From Longimicrobiales bacterium (GTDB taxonomy: Bacteria > Gemmatimonadota > Gemmatimonadetes > Longimicrobiales > Gaopeijiaceae), in the NCBI GenBank assembly GCA_965238005.1, contig OZ250165.1:2784001-2848000 (forward strand): a stretch of 64,000 nucleotides of DNA, read 5' to 3'. Each line of letters starts with the position of its first letter. Position 1 is the first letter of the stretch. The position numbers and the translations under genes are program-made. Below the pieces are notes generated by a model. The model saw only the letters and a list, made by a program, of their open reading frames with translations. It was not told where the DNA came from and did not search any database. Positions 1 through 10,729 of this stretch are shown here, piece by piece.

Positions 1-149
1 CCGCGGCGGCAGGCGGTGACGCGGTCGCCGACGTGGACCGCGCTGGGTCCTTGAGGCGCGAGCGGAGCCGCCTGGTCAGGCTCCATCGGGCGCGACCGGA
101 CACGGCTCGCACGCTGGGCGAGCACGCACGCCGCAGCGGAGCGCGGGCG

Positions 150-244
150 TCCTTCGGGATCGAAGGGGCGGAGCCCCTCGCCAGCCCCTTTGTGGGTACA
201 AAGGGTAGGCTGGCTTAGGACCCTTAAGGGGTCATGAGCCAGCC
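150..244. promoter_or_regulatory. ColE1-like oriT module (copy 1) with terminal palindrome
   Basis: GGGTAGGCTGGCTTA contains the ColE1-type nic CTGG^CTTA; hairpin CCCTTTGT..ACAAAGGG; imperfect palindrome 208-244; homologous to the module upstream of mobC/relaxase at 18650-18770. Confidence 0.6.
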
Positions 245-282
245 GTGGATCGGCCTCGGATCGGGCCTCAACGGCTCGCGCC

Positions 283-1485
283 TCAGCGGCTGGGACCGGC
301 CTCCGGGTCTCGACGCTCGGTGGCCAGATACCCGGCCCACTCGGCCATCAGGACGCGCCTGCGCTCGAACAGGTCGGAACGCGCGTAGGCTGCCTCCACC
401 TTGTTGCGGACCACGTGCGCCAACGCCGCCTCCATGACCGCATGGGGGGTGTCCGTGCATTCGGCCGCCCAGTCCCTGAAGCTCGACCTGAAGCCGTGCG
501 GCACGGCCGCGATGCCGAGTCGTCGAAGCAGCGTGGGGAGTGTGCCGCCGGAAAACACGCGGCCCTCCGGCGACGGGAAGACCAGACCGCCGCCGCCGAG
601 CGGCCGCGCCTCGCTCAGGATCTCCATGGCGCGCCCGGAAAGCGGCACCCTGTGGGGGCGCTGGGCCTTCATGCGTTCACCGGGAACCGTCCACTCTCGA
701 GCCTCCAGATCGATTTCATCCCAGTGCGCCGAGCGAACCTCTCCCGAGCGGGCCGCCGTCAGCACCATGAACTCGAAGGCGAGTTTCGTGGCCGGGTACG
801 CGTTCGACTTCCGCACCGTTTCCATCGCGCCCGCGACCTTCGAGTGAGGCAACGCGCGCATGTGCTGGATTACGACGTGCTGTCGGCCGAGTGCTTGATC
901 GAGCACATCGCTGGCGGGGTTGTCCGGCCGAAGCCCCATCGCCACCGCCCACTTCATCACCGCCCCGATGCGCTGGCGCACCAGCCGGGCGGTCGCGTGC
1001 TTGTCGTGCCAGATCGGTGTCAGAACCGCCAGCACGTCGGCTGTCGTTATCTCGCCGACCGGTTGATGGCCGAGCTGCGGGAACGCATAGACGCGCAGGC
1101 TGGTGACCCAGGCCTTCGCATGCTTGGCGCTGCGCCAGCCCGGCCGCTGCTGTTCCAGAACACGGGCGGCCGCCTCGGCGAACGTGGGCATGTCCCGGAC
1201 CTTGTGCCGCTCGGTACGCGGATCGCCGCCCGAGCGCGCGATCTTGCGGTTCATGAATGCCTTCTCTCGCGCCTCGGCCAGCGATACCAGCCGGTAGCCC
1301 CCGAGCCCGAGCGTGCGGTTTCGATCGTGGATCCGCAGACGCTGCTCCCATCGGCGCGCGCCTGATCGGTCCACGCGCAGATAGAGGCCATTCCCGTCGC
1401 AATAGTATCCGGGCTTGGCACTGCGCACGAAGGCCGCGCTGAGTGCGTTGTGCGGGTGTCTCCCTCGGTGTTTGGGCAAATCCAT
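283..1485 (-). CDS. P4-type tyrosine integrase (arm-binding domain + catalytic domain), copy 1
   Basis: DGNGLYLRV arm-binding N-terminus; catalytic TAARSGE, HGFRSSFRDW, LAH, AAY motifs. Confidence 0.95.
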   Translation of the reverse strand: MDLPKHRGRHPHNALSAAFVRSAKPGYYCDGNGLYLRVDRSGARRWEQRLRIHDRNRTLGLGGYRLVSLAEAREKAFMNRKIARSGGDPRTERHKVRDMPTFAEAAARVLEQQRPGWRSAKHAKAWVTSLRVYAFPQLGHQPVGEITTADVLAVLTPIWHDKHATARLVRQRIGAVMKWAVAMGLRPDNPASDVLDQALGRQHVVIQHMRALPHSKVAGAMETVRKSNAYPATKLAFEFMVLTAARSGEVRSAHWDEIDLEAREWTVPGERMKAQRPHRVPLSGRAMEILSEARPLGGGGLVFPSPEGRVFSGGTLPTLLRRLGIAAVPHGFRSSFRDWAAECTDTPHAVMEAALAHVVRNKVEAAYARSDLFERRRVLMAEWAGYLATERRDPEAGPSR

Positions 1486-1642
1486 TTCCTATATCCCGTA
1501 TAGAATATCGTATGTCATGTACGGGAATATCGTGGACTTGCAGAGACAGCGCAACTGGGAGTGACCTATATAACCTACTGTGGTATCTGTAGTTAGATAG
1601 TCTTATGAGACACAGATGGATTGTATTGGAATCTATGTGCAG

Positions 1643-2047
1643 GAGACGTGGCGGAAGAAGAACGCCGCGCTGATCATGGCCACGCAGTCCGCGGTGGACG
1701 TGACGGCCACGCCGGGCGCTGCGGCGCTCCTCGAGTCGATCCCGACCAAGCTGTTCCTCGCGAACCCGGAGCTCCCCGACGCGGTCGGCGCGCTGTTCCG
1801 GCTGAGCGAGTCGGAACTCGCGCAGGTCCGGGGCCTGATCCCCAAACGCGAGCTCTATCTGCGCCGCCCCGACGGGGCGGCGGTGCTCCGGCTCGAGGTC
1901 GATCCGGAGAGCTACTGGCTCTACACCTCGTCCGCATTGGACGCCGAGGAGCGCGCCCGGGCCGTCGAGCGTCACGGGCTCGCCCGGGCCCTCGAGGTGC
2001 TCGCGAGCCGAGACGATCCCACCCCCACCCCCAACGCAAGGAGCTGA
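1643..2047 (+). pseudogene. virB4: VirB4/TrbE ATPase C-terminal fragment
   Basis: TWRKKNAALIMATQS...PTKLFLANP matches the VirB4 C-terminus; 5' part replaced by the integrase upstream region. Confidence 0.75.
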
Positions 2048-2053
2048 TACGCC

Positions 2054-2917
2054 ATGCGACCACCAATGACACCCATCGTTCTAACCGCCCTTCTCTTGGC
2101 TGCCCTCCCCGCCGGGGCTACCGCCCAGCAGGAGGACGACCAAGCGTTCCTCCGGGTGCCGGTCCCGGAGGAGGGGGAGGATCGGATCCATCGGCTCCGC
2201 ACCCAGGTCCGTCACACGACGGTGATCGTGCTCCCCGCCGATGAGAACATCCTGGATTTCGTGGTCGGCGACTCGGAGTACTGGCACCTGACCGGCGCGG
2301 CGAACGTCGCGTTCCTGAAGCCTCTGCGGCCGGACGCGGCGACGAATATCGCGCTCGTATGCGAGTCGGGGCGGATCTACTCGTTCCTGGTGGCCGAGCA
2401 CAGCGACGGGCCGCCTCATCTAGTCGTTCGCGTCGAGTCCGGAGCAGAGGCGGCGCGGCTCTCCGGAGGCACGGGCCGTCCCGCGTTCGTCGCACGGAGC
2501 GAGGTCGCGGCCTATCAGCAGATGGCCGCCGAGGCGGCCGAGGCGGCTCGCAGCGCCCGGGAAGCAGCCGAGGCCGGCATCCTGGAGGCCCGGTCGCAGG
2601 CTGAGTCGGCGATCGAGGAGTTCCGTGCCGGCTATCCGGAGCGCCTCGCCTTCGAGTACCGGCTCGACGGGGACGCGGCCGACCGGCCGTTCCTGGTCGA
2701 AGCGATGTGGCACGACGGGCAGTTCACCTACCTCCGGTCCCACGCCCAGGAGTCGCCGGCCCTCTATGAGCTCCGGGACGGCGAGCCGGCGCTCGTGGCT
2801 TACGATCTGACGGATGAGGGCCTCTACATCGCCCGCCACGTACTGGGAGACGGGTGGCTGCAGATCGGCGACAAGCGGGCCGCTTGGCGGTTCACGCCCA
2901 GGGACGGGCTCCGATGA
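2054..2917 (+). CDS. virB9: TrbG/VirB9-family T4SS protein
   Basis: Signal peptide; TTVIVLP..E.I.DFVVGDSEYW and MWHDGQFTY motifs; operon position. Confidence 0.8.
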   Translation: MRPPMTPIVLTALLLAALPAGATAQQEDDQAFLRVPVPEEGEDRIHRLRTQVRHTTVIVLPADENILDFVVGDSEYWHLTGAANVAFLKPLRPDAATNIALVCESGRIYSFLVAEHSDGPPHLVVRVESGAEAARLSGGTGRPAFVARSEVAAYQQMAAEAAEAARSAREAAEAGILEARSQAESAIEEFRAGYPERLAFEYRLDGDAADRPFLVEAMWHDGQFTYLRSHAQESPALYELRDGEPALVAYDLTDEGLYIARHVLGDGWLQIGDKRAAWRFTPRDGLR

Positions 2918-4191
2918 GCCGCTGGAAGCAGTGGGTCCGGCCCCCGGAAGGCGCGCTGCCCGGGGGCATCGTGACGAAGGCGGGCGTGGTGTTGATCGCC
3001 GTGCTCGTCGGCGGACTCCTCTTCTCGTGGGCGATGACGGGTCCCCAGGAAGCCGACACTCTCGTAGCCCTGCCCGAGGCGCAGGCGGTCGACGACGGGA
3101 TGGGGAGGTCGCTCCAAGACCGCATTCGGCAAGAGGCCGAGCGGCAGACTCTGGAGGCCGCCGCCCGGGCGCGCGCCGAGCTCGAGCGCCGGCAGGCTGC
3201 GGCCGCCGAAGAGATGGCTCGGCTCCAGACCGAGTCGGAGACGCCGAACACCGCAGCCTTGATCCCAGGCGTGAGCGCGGCCGAGTCGGAGCTTAGGGAG
3301 GCGCTTCGGCTGGAGGAGCTGGAGCGGAGGGCCCGCTCGCTCCGCGCCCTGCCGGTGGCCCACACGTACAGGACTCCGGACGCCGCGACCCGGCCGTCCG
3401 AACCCGACGGAGGTGCGGCCGACGCGGATGTGGCCCTCCTCGAGAACACGGTCCGAGCGGCTCTCGCCTCCTTCGAGCAGTCGCTCGGGGCGCTCGAGGG
3501 CGAGCTAGAAGCCGAAGAGCGGCTGCTCGCGGCTCTGGGGGCGACTGCACCCGCTCCCAACCCGGGAGCTGCCGCACCGCCAAGCTCTCCTCGCCCCCCC
3601 GGCACGGCTGAGCCCGGCCGGAGCGTCCGGCCTGCCGACCTGCCGGGTTGGGAGCGGATCTACGAGGGCTCGTTCCTCGAAGGGGTGCTGGTCACTCAGC
3701 TCACGGGCGATTTCCCGGGACCGGTGCTCGCCATGGTTTCGGTCCCGTTCTATTCGGCCGACCGCCAGCGGATCCTGATCCCGCGCGGCGCGCGTGTCGT
3801 CGGCACGGCCCGGGCCGTTCAGGACCCGGACCAGAGCCGGCTCGCCGTCGCGTTTCACCGGTTGCTGCTCCCCGACGGCAGCTGGATCGACCTCGAGTTC
3901 ACCGGCCTCAACCAAGCGGGCGAGGGGGCCCTTCAGGACGAGGTCGATCGCCACTACTTCAGCACGTTCGCTGCGGCCGGAGCCGTGGGCGTCGTGAGCG
4001 GACTCGCCCTGGCCGGCGGTTCGCCGTTCGGTCTCAGGGCGGGCGTCGGCCAGGGACTCGGCCAGAGCGCGACCTCGGTTCTCGACCGGTTCCTGAACCG
4101 GCTACCCACGATCACGATCCGCGCGGGCCATCGCCTGCGCATCTGGTTCACCTCCGATGTCCTGGTCCCCAGGGCCGGGACACGGCAATGA
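2914..4191 (+). CDS. virB10: TrbI/VirB10-family T4SS protein
   Basis: N-terminal TM; C-terminal EGSFLEGVL...IPRGARVVG...DEVDRHY...PTITIRAG. Confidence 0.85.
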   Translation: MSRWKQWVRPPEGALPGGIVTKAGVVLIAVLVGGLLFSWAMTGPQEADTLVALPEAQAVDDGMGRSLQDRIRQEAERQTLEAAARARAELERRQAAAAEEMARLQTESETPNTAALIPGVSAAESELREALRLEELERRARSLRALPVAHTYRTPDAATRPSEPDGGAADADVALLENTVRAALASFEQSLGALEGELEAEERLLAALGATAPAPNPGAAAPPSSPRPPGTAEPGRSVRPADLPGWERIYEGSFLEGVLVTQLTGDFPGPVLAMVSVPFYSADRQRILIPRGARVVGTARAVQDPDQSRLAVAFHRLLLPDGSWIDLEFTGLNQAGEGALQDEVDRHYFSTFAAAGAVGVVSGLALAGGSPFGLRAGVGQGLGQSATSVLDRFLNRLPTITIRAGHRLRIWFTSDVLVPRAGTRQ

Positions 4192-5117
4192 CAAACAAGG
4201 AGCTCATCATGCGTCACCGCAGCCTCACCACCGTCCTCCTCGTCTCCATCCTGATGCTCGCGAGCGCTGGGCCGGCCAACGCCCTCTTCGACATCGGCGG
4301 CGTGATCCAGCGAGCCCAGATGATCGTGAACCAGGCGACCCAGATCGCTAACCAGATCCGCCAGATGCGGACGATGACCCGCCAGCTCACCGAGCTCGAG
4401 GAGCAGCTCGACTACATGAAGGACGTCGCGCGGGGCGAGGTGGACGCGCTGATCGAACCGTTCGCCGAGCTGTCGGCCGGATCCATCGGCCTCGTCGGCG
4501 ACGGCCTCGACTGGGGCTCCGACTTCACCGGCGCAGCCGGCGAGCTGGTCGAAGCGGTGCGTGGCATGGGGAGCGGCAGCTCGTTCACCGACGTCTGGCG
4601 GAGCGCCCAAGGGGTGGCCGACCAGGTGAGCGAGGCGGACATCTTGGGGCTCTACCGTAACCGCCCGGCTGAGGTGTCGTCGCGCGCGGTTGAGGACTAC
4701 CGCCAGGCTCGTGAGGCCGCCGACCGCCAGCGCGTGCTCGACTACGCGATGATGGACGCCGCGGCCTCGCTCGCCTCGACCGTCGAGAGCGCGCAGGGCT
4801 CGTTCGACGACCTGACCGCGAACGGCAATCTGTCCAACACGGCACTCCAGCAGGCGCAGGTGGCTGCCGCGCTGACGCAGGGCCGGATCAACGCCGCCGT
4901 GGCGCAGGTGCTCGCCTATCAGGCGGTCGAGCAGGCGAACCGGATGCAGCAGGCCGAGATCGACCGGCTCGAGCGGCTCGCCGAGTGGAGGGACGCGCGG
5001 CTCCGTACGAACGCGATGGCCGATGCGATGCGGGCGGCCGCGTTCCAGAACCGCGACCGGCTCCGGGAAGGGCTCCTCTTCAAGATCCCTTCGTTCTACA
5101 TGGGCGGCCAAGTTTAG
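4188..5117 (+). CDS. TrbJ/VirB5-like secreted T4SS protein
   Basis: Signal peptide, Q-rich coiled coil (QIANQIRQ), position between virB10 and virB6. Confidence 0.55.
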   Translation: MTNKELIMRHRSLTTVLLVSILMLASAGPANALFDIGGVIQRAQMIVNQATQIANQIRQMRTMTRQLTELEEQLDYMKDVARGEVDALIEPFAELSAGSIGLVGDGLDWGSDFTGAAGELVEAVRGMGSGSSFTDVWRSAQGVADQVSEADILGLYRNRPAEVSSRAVEDYRQAREAADRQRVLDYAMMDAAASLASTVESAQGSFDDLTANGNLSNTALQQAQVAAALTQGRINAAVAQVLAYQAVEQANRMQQAEIDRLERLAEWRDARLRTNAMADAMRAAAFQNRDRLREGLLFKIPSFYMGGQV

Positions 5118-5135
5118 GCCCCGGGAGCGACTGTC

Positions 5136-6146
5136 ATGCAACTCCTGCCACCGCAGTCGATCGATCCGAACGTCCCGGCCCAGATCCCGGCGGATCAACT
5201 CCAGGACTTCAAGGGGTTCCTGGACATCGTGCTCGATACCGTGGCCGGCGGCGCCGCGCCCGACGTGCTGACGCTCGGCCACCAGCTGTGGGGCGGTCTC
5301 GCGGCGGTGGTCGTCGCGTGGAGCGGGCTCAAGATCGCGTACAGCGGCACGCTCGAACCGTGGGCGCTCGTGCGTGTCGTGCTCGGGATCGCGATCCCCC
5401 GGACGCTGCTCCATTACTACAGCGTCCCGATCCCGGGCGTGGGCTTCACGTTTCCGGCCATGGTGGCGGCCGGAGGGATCTGGCTCCAGAACCTGTTCAT
5501 CTCCGATGTCGTGTCGGTTGGCTACACGGAGATGACCGCGCTGGTCCAGGCGTTCGCCGCACGGCTCGGAGCGGCATGGTCCGGCGGGAGCCTGATGACC
5601 CTCATGACCGAGGGCGTGAGCGTGTTCTTCTCGTCCCTCGTCGCGCTGATGATGGGCGCGCCGCTCGTGCTCGGCCTGGTCGCGCTCTTCTGCCTGACCT
5701 ACGCGCAGGTGATCTGGGCGCAGGTGGCGCTCGCGATCGTGATCCTCTTGGGCCCCGTGTTCATCCCCTGGCTGCTGTTCGAGCCGCTCGCGTTCCTGTT
5801 CTGGGGATGGTTCCGCACGCTCATGGTCTACACGCTCTACGGCGTCGTGGCCGGAGCCATCCTCCGCGTGTTCATGGGCGTGGGCATGGGCTACGTCACG
5901 ACCTATACCGGCGCCTTGATGGGCACCGGCTCCTCCGACCCGGCCGAGCTAGGGCTCTGGGTCGTCGTCCTGCTCCCGCTCGTCGTCTCCGGCCTGATGG
6001 CCGGCATGAAGGTGGGCGAGCTCGCCGCGATGCTCGTCTCCGGCTCCGGGTCCGTCGGATCGGGGATGATGGCGGTCATGGCCCGCGGCGGCGGACGCCT
6101 CAGCGCTGCCGCGAACCCGGCCCGCCCCCCAATCCCCGGAGGCTGA
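5136..6146 (+). CDS. virB6: TrbL/VirB6-family polytopic membrane protein
   Basis: Multiple TMs; LLGPVFIPWLLF..LFWGW motif. Confidence 0.8.
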   Translation: MQLLPPQSIDPNVPAQIPADQLQDFKGFLDIVLDTVAGGAAPDVLTLGHQLWGGLAAVVVAWSGLKIAYSGTLEPWALVRVVLGIAIPRTLLHYYSVPIPGVGFTFPAMVAAGGIWLQNLFISDVVSVGYTEMTALVQAFAARLGAAWSGGSLMTLMTEGVSVFFSSLVALMMGAPLVLGLVALFCLTYAQVIWAQVALAIVILLGPVFIPWLLFEPLAFLFWGWFRTLMVYTLYGVVAGAILRVFMGVGMGYVTTYTGALMGTGSSDPAELGLWVVVLLPLVVSGLMAGMKVGELAAMLVSGSGSVGSGMMAVMARGGGRLSAAANPARPPIPGG

Positions 6147-6151
6147 AGGAG

Positions 6152-6430
6152 ATGTCCATGAACCGAGAACACGATGCCGGCCGCGAGTACGCGGAAATCT
6201 GGGGCGAGACCGTCGAGGCCAACCGGAAGCTCCGGACGCTGGCGACCATCCTCGCCACCGCGTGCCTCGCGCTCGGCGTGCTCCTGCTCCGGGTCGCGAC
6301 CGTCGAGCCGCCCCGGCCGATCGTCGTGCGGGTCGACGAGGTCGGCCGCGCCGAGGCCGTGGCCTACGAGGCCGCAACGGCGCAGGCGGATCCGCTCGAT
6401 CCCACGACCAAGTAGTTCCTGAACCGGCGA
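6152..6430 (+). pseudogene. virB8: VirB8/TrbF N-terminal fragment
   Basis: TM then PIVVRVDEVGRAEAV; premature TAG (TTK*FLNR) then truncation. Confidence 0.65.
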
Positions 6431-6988
6431 GTTATTCAGTAACCCATTGCTACGCTTGCGGTTAGCCGGTCACAGATACGCTGTGGATCACTTCGGGTAT
6501 ACAAAACGAACGGGCGACCGCGGAAGGGATCGGTCACACCCGACGGAAGGCTGGGCGCCTACCTGGCCGGAGCGACGCAAGAACCAGAGACCAAGACTCC
6601 CCGAGGGAATGCTGCCGAGCCCCGATGAGAAGCTTGGCCGGTCATCGGGGGCGCTGGTAATGGCCGACCGGATTCGCAGGTTACGGAAGTCGGCTACCGG
6701 GCTCACGGGACGATCGTGTGTCTTGGTGATGCCTGCCGGGATCATGATTCTCTCGGTTCACCGCTGGCGATTGTCAGTGAGTGCCGTTCGACAAGGCGGG
6801 CGCCGACCTGCTGTTCGGCTTCGGCTGTGAGCTCCTCAATCGGATGACCGAGCTCGGCCGACCAGTGTCGTATCGCATCGACAGGAGAGAATCCTGTCGG
6901 TTGGCATCGTGCGGGCCAGTGACGATTCGTGGAACAACGCCGGTCGCTCCCATGACGCGACGGACATCGTTGCAGGATATTCCGTCTG

Positions 6989-7210
6989 TCACATCTCGAA
7001 GATCGTGTTCCCATCGCTGTCTCGACGGACAACCAACGTTCCAAGGTCATGTGTGACCCTGCACACCGGACAGGTCGTCGTCGACGCCTGTTCCAAGTAG
7101 TCGGCGCCAAAATCATCGAGCGCCAAGTTAATCGACGCGCGATACCAGTCCTTATAGACGTGTCCGCAGTCCGGACAGGTGATCGTGATCTCTTCTGGTG
7201 GCGTCGACAT
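6989..7210 (-). CDS. Small Zn-ribbon (CpXC-like) protein
   Basis: ITCPDCG and TCPVC pairs. Confidence 0.55.
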   Translation of the reverse strand: MSTPPEEITITCPDCGHVYKDWYRASINLALDDFGADYLEQASTTTCPVCRVTHDLGTLVVRRDSDGNTIFEM

Positions 7211-7513
7211 GATATTGCCTGAGTTAGTCTCTGAGGATCGTCGTAACGGTTCGGTGATGCCGTGGCGGGGGGGTTGGATCTACCGGAGCCCATCGCGCCC
7301 CTCGGCCAGCGCTGCGTCCGCGCAAACATCCCCGTCGCCTATCGCCATGCGCGCGACGATAGCCCACATCGAATCGCGTTGCCAGATCTCTACCCGAACT
7401 CAGCCCGACACCGACGAACACTCCTCCCCCCGCCCGGCGACTCCGCCGGAGAGCGGGCCTCCGGGGATCCGGGGCGTGGCTCGGTTACCGAACTGTCCCG
7501 GATCGAACGCACT

Positions 7514-7712
7514 TCAACCGACCGCGATCGAGGCTCTACTCAGCGCGATCTCGAAGACCTCGGGAAGGTAGCTTTCCACCAGTGTCCCGCCCACCTGCAT
7601 CCTCACGTCGCGGTAAACGCCCCGAATTAAATCCACGCGGTCGTGTGTGGCGACGGGCCGCGAGGGGTTCTTTTCCTTCGGGATTCTGAGCCCCCGGATC
7701 GGGACGGTCAGG
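7514..7712 (-). pseudogene. Internal fragment of a tyrosine integrase
   Basis: PIRGLRIPKEKNPSRPV resembles PLRGLKTPREKNPKRVV of the 53434-54606 integrase. Confidence 0.5.
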
Positions 7713-7763
7713 CGGTACGTTTGGCCGGATGGGACCACAATCGTCAATTCTGCTGCTTGGCGC

Positions 7764-8168
7764 CTACCTGGGGGAGTCCTCGTAGGTAACAAGAGTGGCG
7801 GCGCTGCTCAGCTTTTGAGCGATGTTCATCCGGAGGGCTTTGCTTTCTCGTCCGGGATCCATGGGCCAACCGATGAGATTTCCATGGCGCTCGAAGGGGT
7901 GATCGTCCCGTACAAACTCAAGCCCAGCGGGGGGGAGGACCGCCGGAGAAAACGTGGCGTGTCCACGTGCATCTTGACCCCGCAACTCCGAGACGGTCTG
8001 AGAGAGTCCTAAGACCCCCGGTAAGGCGAGCCCTGTGACCTCTGCGACCGAAGTCTGGCCGTGGTCATTGGGGATGAACGCTCGCCACTTCGCGATTCCT
8101 TTCTGAGCAGCGATATCGTCCTTGTGGAACAGAAAGCGGGCGAGTTGCTCCTTATCCTGCTCCGTCAA
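7764..8168 (-). CDS. Hypothetical protein, possible ADP-ribosyltransferase-like toxin
   Basis: LARF...AFIP...TSV...RHGNLIGWP pattern; last gene of a tightly coupled 3-gene operon. Confidence 0.4.
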   Translation of the reverse strand: MTEQDKEQLARFLFHKDDIAAQKGIAKWRAFIPNDHGQTSVAEVTGLALPGVLGLSQTVSELRGQDARGHATFSPAVLPPAGLEFVRDDHPFERHGNLIGWPMDPGRESKALRMNIAQKLSSAATLVTYEDSPR

Positions 8169-8173
8169 TCGAG

Positions 8174-8662
8174 CTACGCTTCCTCATAGAGGCGCCTTAA
8201 GAAGTCGCCGATGCCAATAGGGAACCGCTCGCTGACTGGCTCCGTACCGAAGAACGAGCTCCCATCAAGGAGACCCGAGTAAGCGACTTGGACATCATTA
8301 CCAAAACTGACGGCGAACATCCGTCCTCGGTTGACGATCCAGTCGAACGCGATCTCCCCCTCCAGGTCCGCTGATACATGGGGGGTTGGGAATGCGCTTG
8401 GAAGCAATTCAAGGAATGTACGAGCGTGCACATAGGCGGTAACGGAAACGGGCGGAGCATCCTGACCATCCCAGCCTAGTTCGCGGCCGACGCGGAAGAC
8501 CTCGATGAGCTTGTGGCGAGCAACTAAATGCCGCTCTTCCCTGATACTGCTGAGCGCACCGACCAGCTGCTTGTGACCTCGGCGGGCATCACGGCTGACT
8601 GCAGCGGCGTGAGGAGTCGCCCCGCCAGTCGTTGTGTCTGCTCGCCGAACGATGAGTGTCAT
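8174..8662 (-). CDS. Hypothetical protein (possible antitoxin)
   Basis: GWDG..A...P.P.V..D.EGEI.FDW pattern; start overlaps the upstream stop. Confidence 0.45.
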   Translation of the reverse strand: MTLIVRRADTTTGGATPHAAAVSRDARRGHKQLVGALSSIREERHLVARHKLIEVFRVGRELGWDGQDAPPVSVTAYVHARTFLELLPSAFPTPHVSADLEGEIAFDWIVNRGRMFAVSFGNDVQVAYSGLLDGSSFFGTEPVSERFPIGIGDFLRRLYEEA

Positions 8663-9405
8663 TCAAACATCTCCGCAGTTCGCTCCGTGATGCTCTCGAA
8701 GAATATGAGGTTCTTGAACCCGCGCAGTTCCTCAAATGTTTCCCACAATGGTTCGGTCGTCGCATCCCGAACGCCCTCCGAGAAGGCGTCAATGTCCAAG
8801 ATAATACCGAGTCGGTCGGGATCGATGTCGTCTACCAGAGTATGGCCAACGTGCGCCGACAACTGCTTTTCTGCCTCAAAGAGTGTGACCCGGCTCAACA
8901 AGCTCGACAATACCTGGGGAAGGGCCTCAGGGACCCGAGGCAAGCCGGTGAAGTAGTCGTCAATATCCAGAATCGGGTGCGAAAGCCGGATGTGGTTGAT
9001 GTACCGCACCGCAATCCGCGTCACGGTTTCTGGTGCGACGACATCCGCATAGACCTGCCATAGGGTCTGCGCCTCGGCAGCAGCCTCCTCCCACGTCGTG
9101 TACGGAGCCAATCGACTGAAGCTAATGCCGTCAACCTTGAATTGGATGACCTTTAGGTCGTCTTCAGAGGATGCTCGAAATCCTCGGACCCCGTGGAGCA
9201 CGGCCGCGGCCGTCGGCTCCTCGTCGCCTGAAAGGCTTATGCTGCCCTCGAAGACGCGGAGCGGCGTGGGCTCTTTGTATCCCTCAAGCACTTCGACCAT
9301 TTCCTTAAGGGTCGGCTCAAGATGATCTCCCGTGAGAGGTGGTATGCGAAGCTCAAGCACGGCCTCACGGATTGGAGCGTTAGCTAAATGTCGTTGTCGG
9401 GCCAT
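8659..9405 (-). CDS. TIGR04255-family protein
   Basis: LANAPIREAVLELR, YTTWEE, RIAVRYINHI, ILDID, KNLIFFESIT motifs. Confidence 0.75.
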   Translation of the reverse strand: MARQRHLANAPIREAVLELRIPPLTGDHLEPTLKEMVEVLEGYKEPTPLRVFEGSISLSGDEEPTAAAVLHGVRGFRASSEDDLKVIQFKVDGISFSRLAPYTTWEEAAAEAQTLWQVYADVVAPETVTRIAVRYINHIRLSHPILDIDDYFTGLPRVPEALPQVLSSLLSRVTLFEAEKQLSAHVGHTLVDDIDPDRLGIILDIDAFSEGVRDATTEPLWETFEELRGFKNLIFFESITERTAEMFE

Positions 9406-9621
9406 TCAGTGGTGGGGTTAGGGGAGAAGGAGGTTAGGATCTCACCACACATCCATTATTGCAACTGTACCCCCCAAAACGGGGGGTCCAACCTCCCACT
9501 CTACTGGCAGGAGAAGCGCTTAGTGGTCGGCTCTAGCCCGATGAACACGGTGTCGCCGGAAGCCCTGAGACCTAATCGTCGCCTCCATCCGCTCCCTCCA
9601 GCCTTCCCCCAAGAATGTTGC

Positions 9622-10260
9622 TGGAGTTGCCCCAATTGAGTGGACACCCGATCTCTTGAGAGAGAAAGGAGTCCACAGTGCCAAGAACGAGACCACCGTA
9701 CGCGCCGGAGTTCCGGCGTCAAATAGTTGAAATGGTACGAGCGGGGCGGACGCCGGAAGAGCTGAGCCGAGAGGTCAAGCAGTTGAAGGTCGAGCGGGAG
9801 ATCTTAAAAAAAGCCGCAGCCTGGTTCGCGCGGGAGACCGACTCGGTGCCACCGAAGCATTCGAGTTCGTGAGCATGCATCAGGCGATGTATCCGGTGCG
9901 GACGATGTGCCGAGTGCTGGGTGTCTCCTCCAGCGGCTACTACGCATGGCGAGCCCGTCCGCAGTCGGCCACAGCACGGGCCAACGAACTGCTGCTCGAT
10001 CGGATCCGAGAGATCCATGCGATCTCCTACGAAACGTACGGCTCGCCGCGGATCCACGCGGAGCTCCAGGACGAGGGAGAGAGTGTGGGTCTGAACCGTG
10101 TCTCACGGCTGATGCGGCGTGGGGGTCCTGGTGGGTGTGACGAGACGACGGAAGTGGCGGACGACGAAGCGCGACAAGGATGCCCGATGTCGGCCACCCA
10201 GAGCTGGTCCGGTCCCTCGGCCGCGAAGTCACGCTGCACCAGATCCGGCGCCGGCCGTGG
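9622..10260 (+). mobile_element. Degenerate IS3-family element
   Basis: Left end TGGAGTTG..GTGGACAC like the 45660 IS; orfA with internal deletion; AAAAAAAG frameshift motif; truncated orfB with an inverted piece at ~10185-10255. Confidence 0.8.
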
Positions 10261-10644
10261 AGTAATCCGGCACCCGTATATCCAGCCCCAAGAGCGTGCC
10301 GATGGAGCCCATAAGTCCCTGCGTTTGCCGCAACGCAAGCCGATACGTCGTGCGCAGCGTCAGGCATGTCTCGATCGCCAAATCCGAGTATCTCCACTGG
10401 CCACCCCGTGACGTGCGGCGCGGCGCGCTCCACACACTTTGCGCCTCCTCACTGACCCAGATCGTCAGATCACCCCGCTGGCGCAGGCTCTCATTATATT
10501 CCGCCCAGTTGATCACCCGATACTGCGCCTTATCAAACTTGTGCCGTCGGGATGCGTTGAACTTATGTGGCATCTAAGTTATCCCCAGTGTTGAAAAACA
10601 CCATGATTAGACATCCTTCGGGATGATCCATGCAACAAGGTCCC
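10261..10644 (-). mobile_element. IS5-family (IS903-group) transposase 5' fragment
   Basis: YRVINWAEYNESLRQRGDLTIW...YSDLAIETCL...LRQTQG. Confidence 0.8.
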
Positions 10645-10729
10645 GTCAGGTAGACATCAATTTGGAGCTCAAGCGCCTGCGGACCAACCGTGATGTGGCG
10701 CGGGCCAGACTGTGAATCGAGAAGACCGT

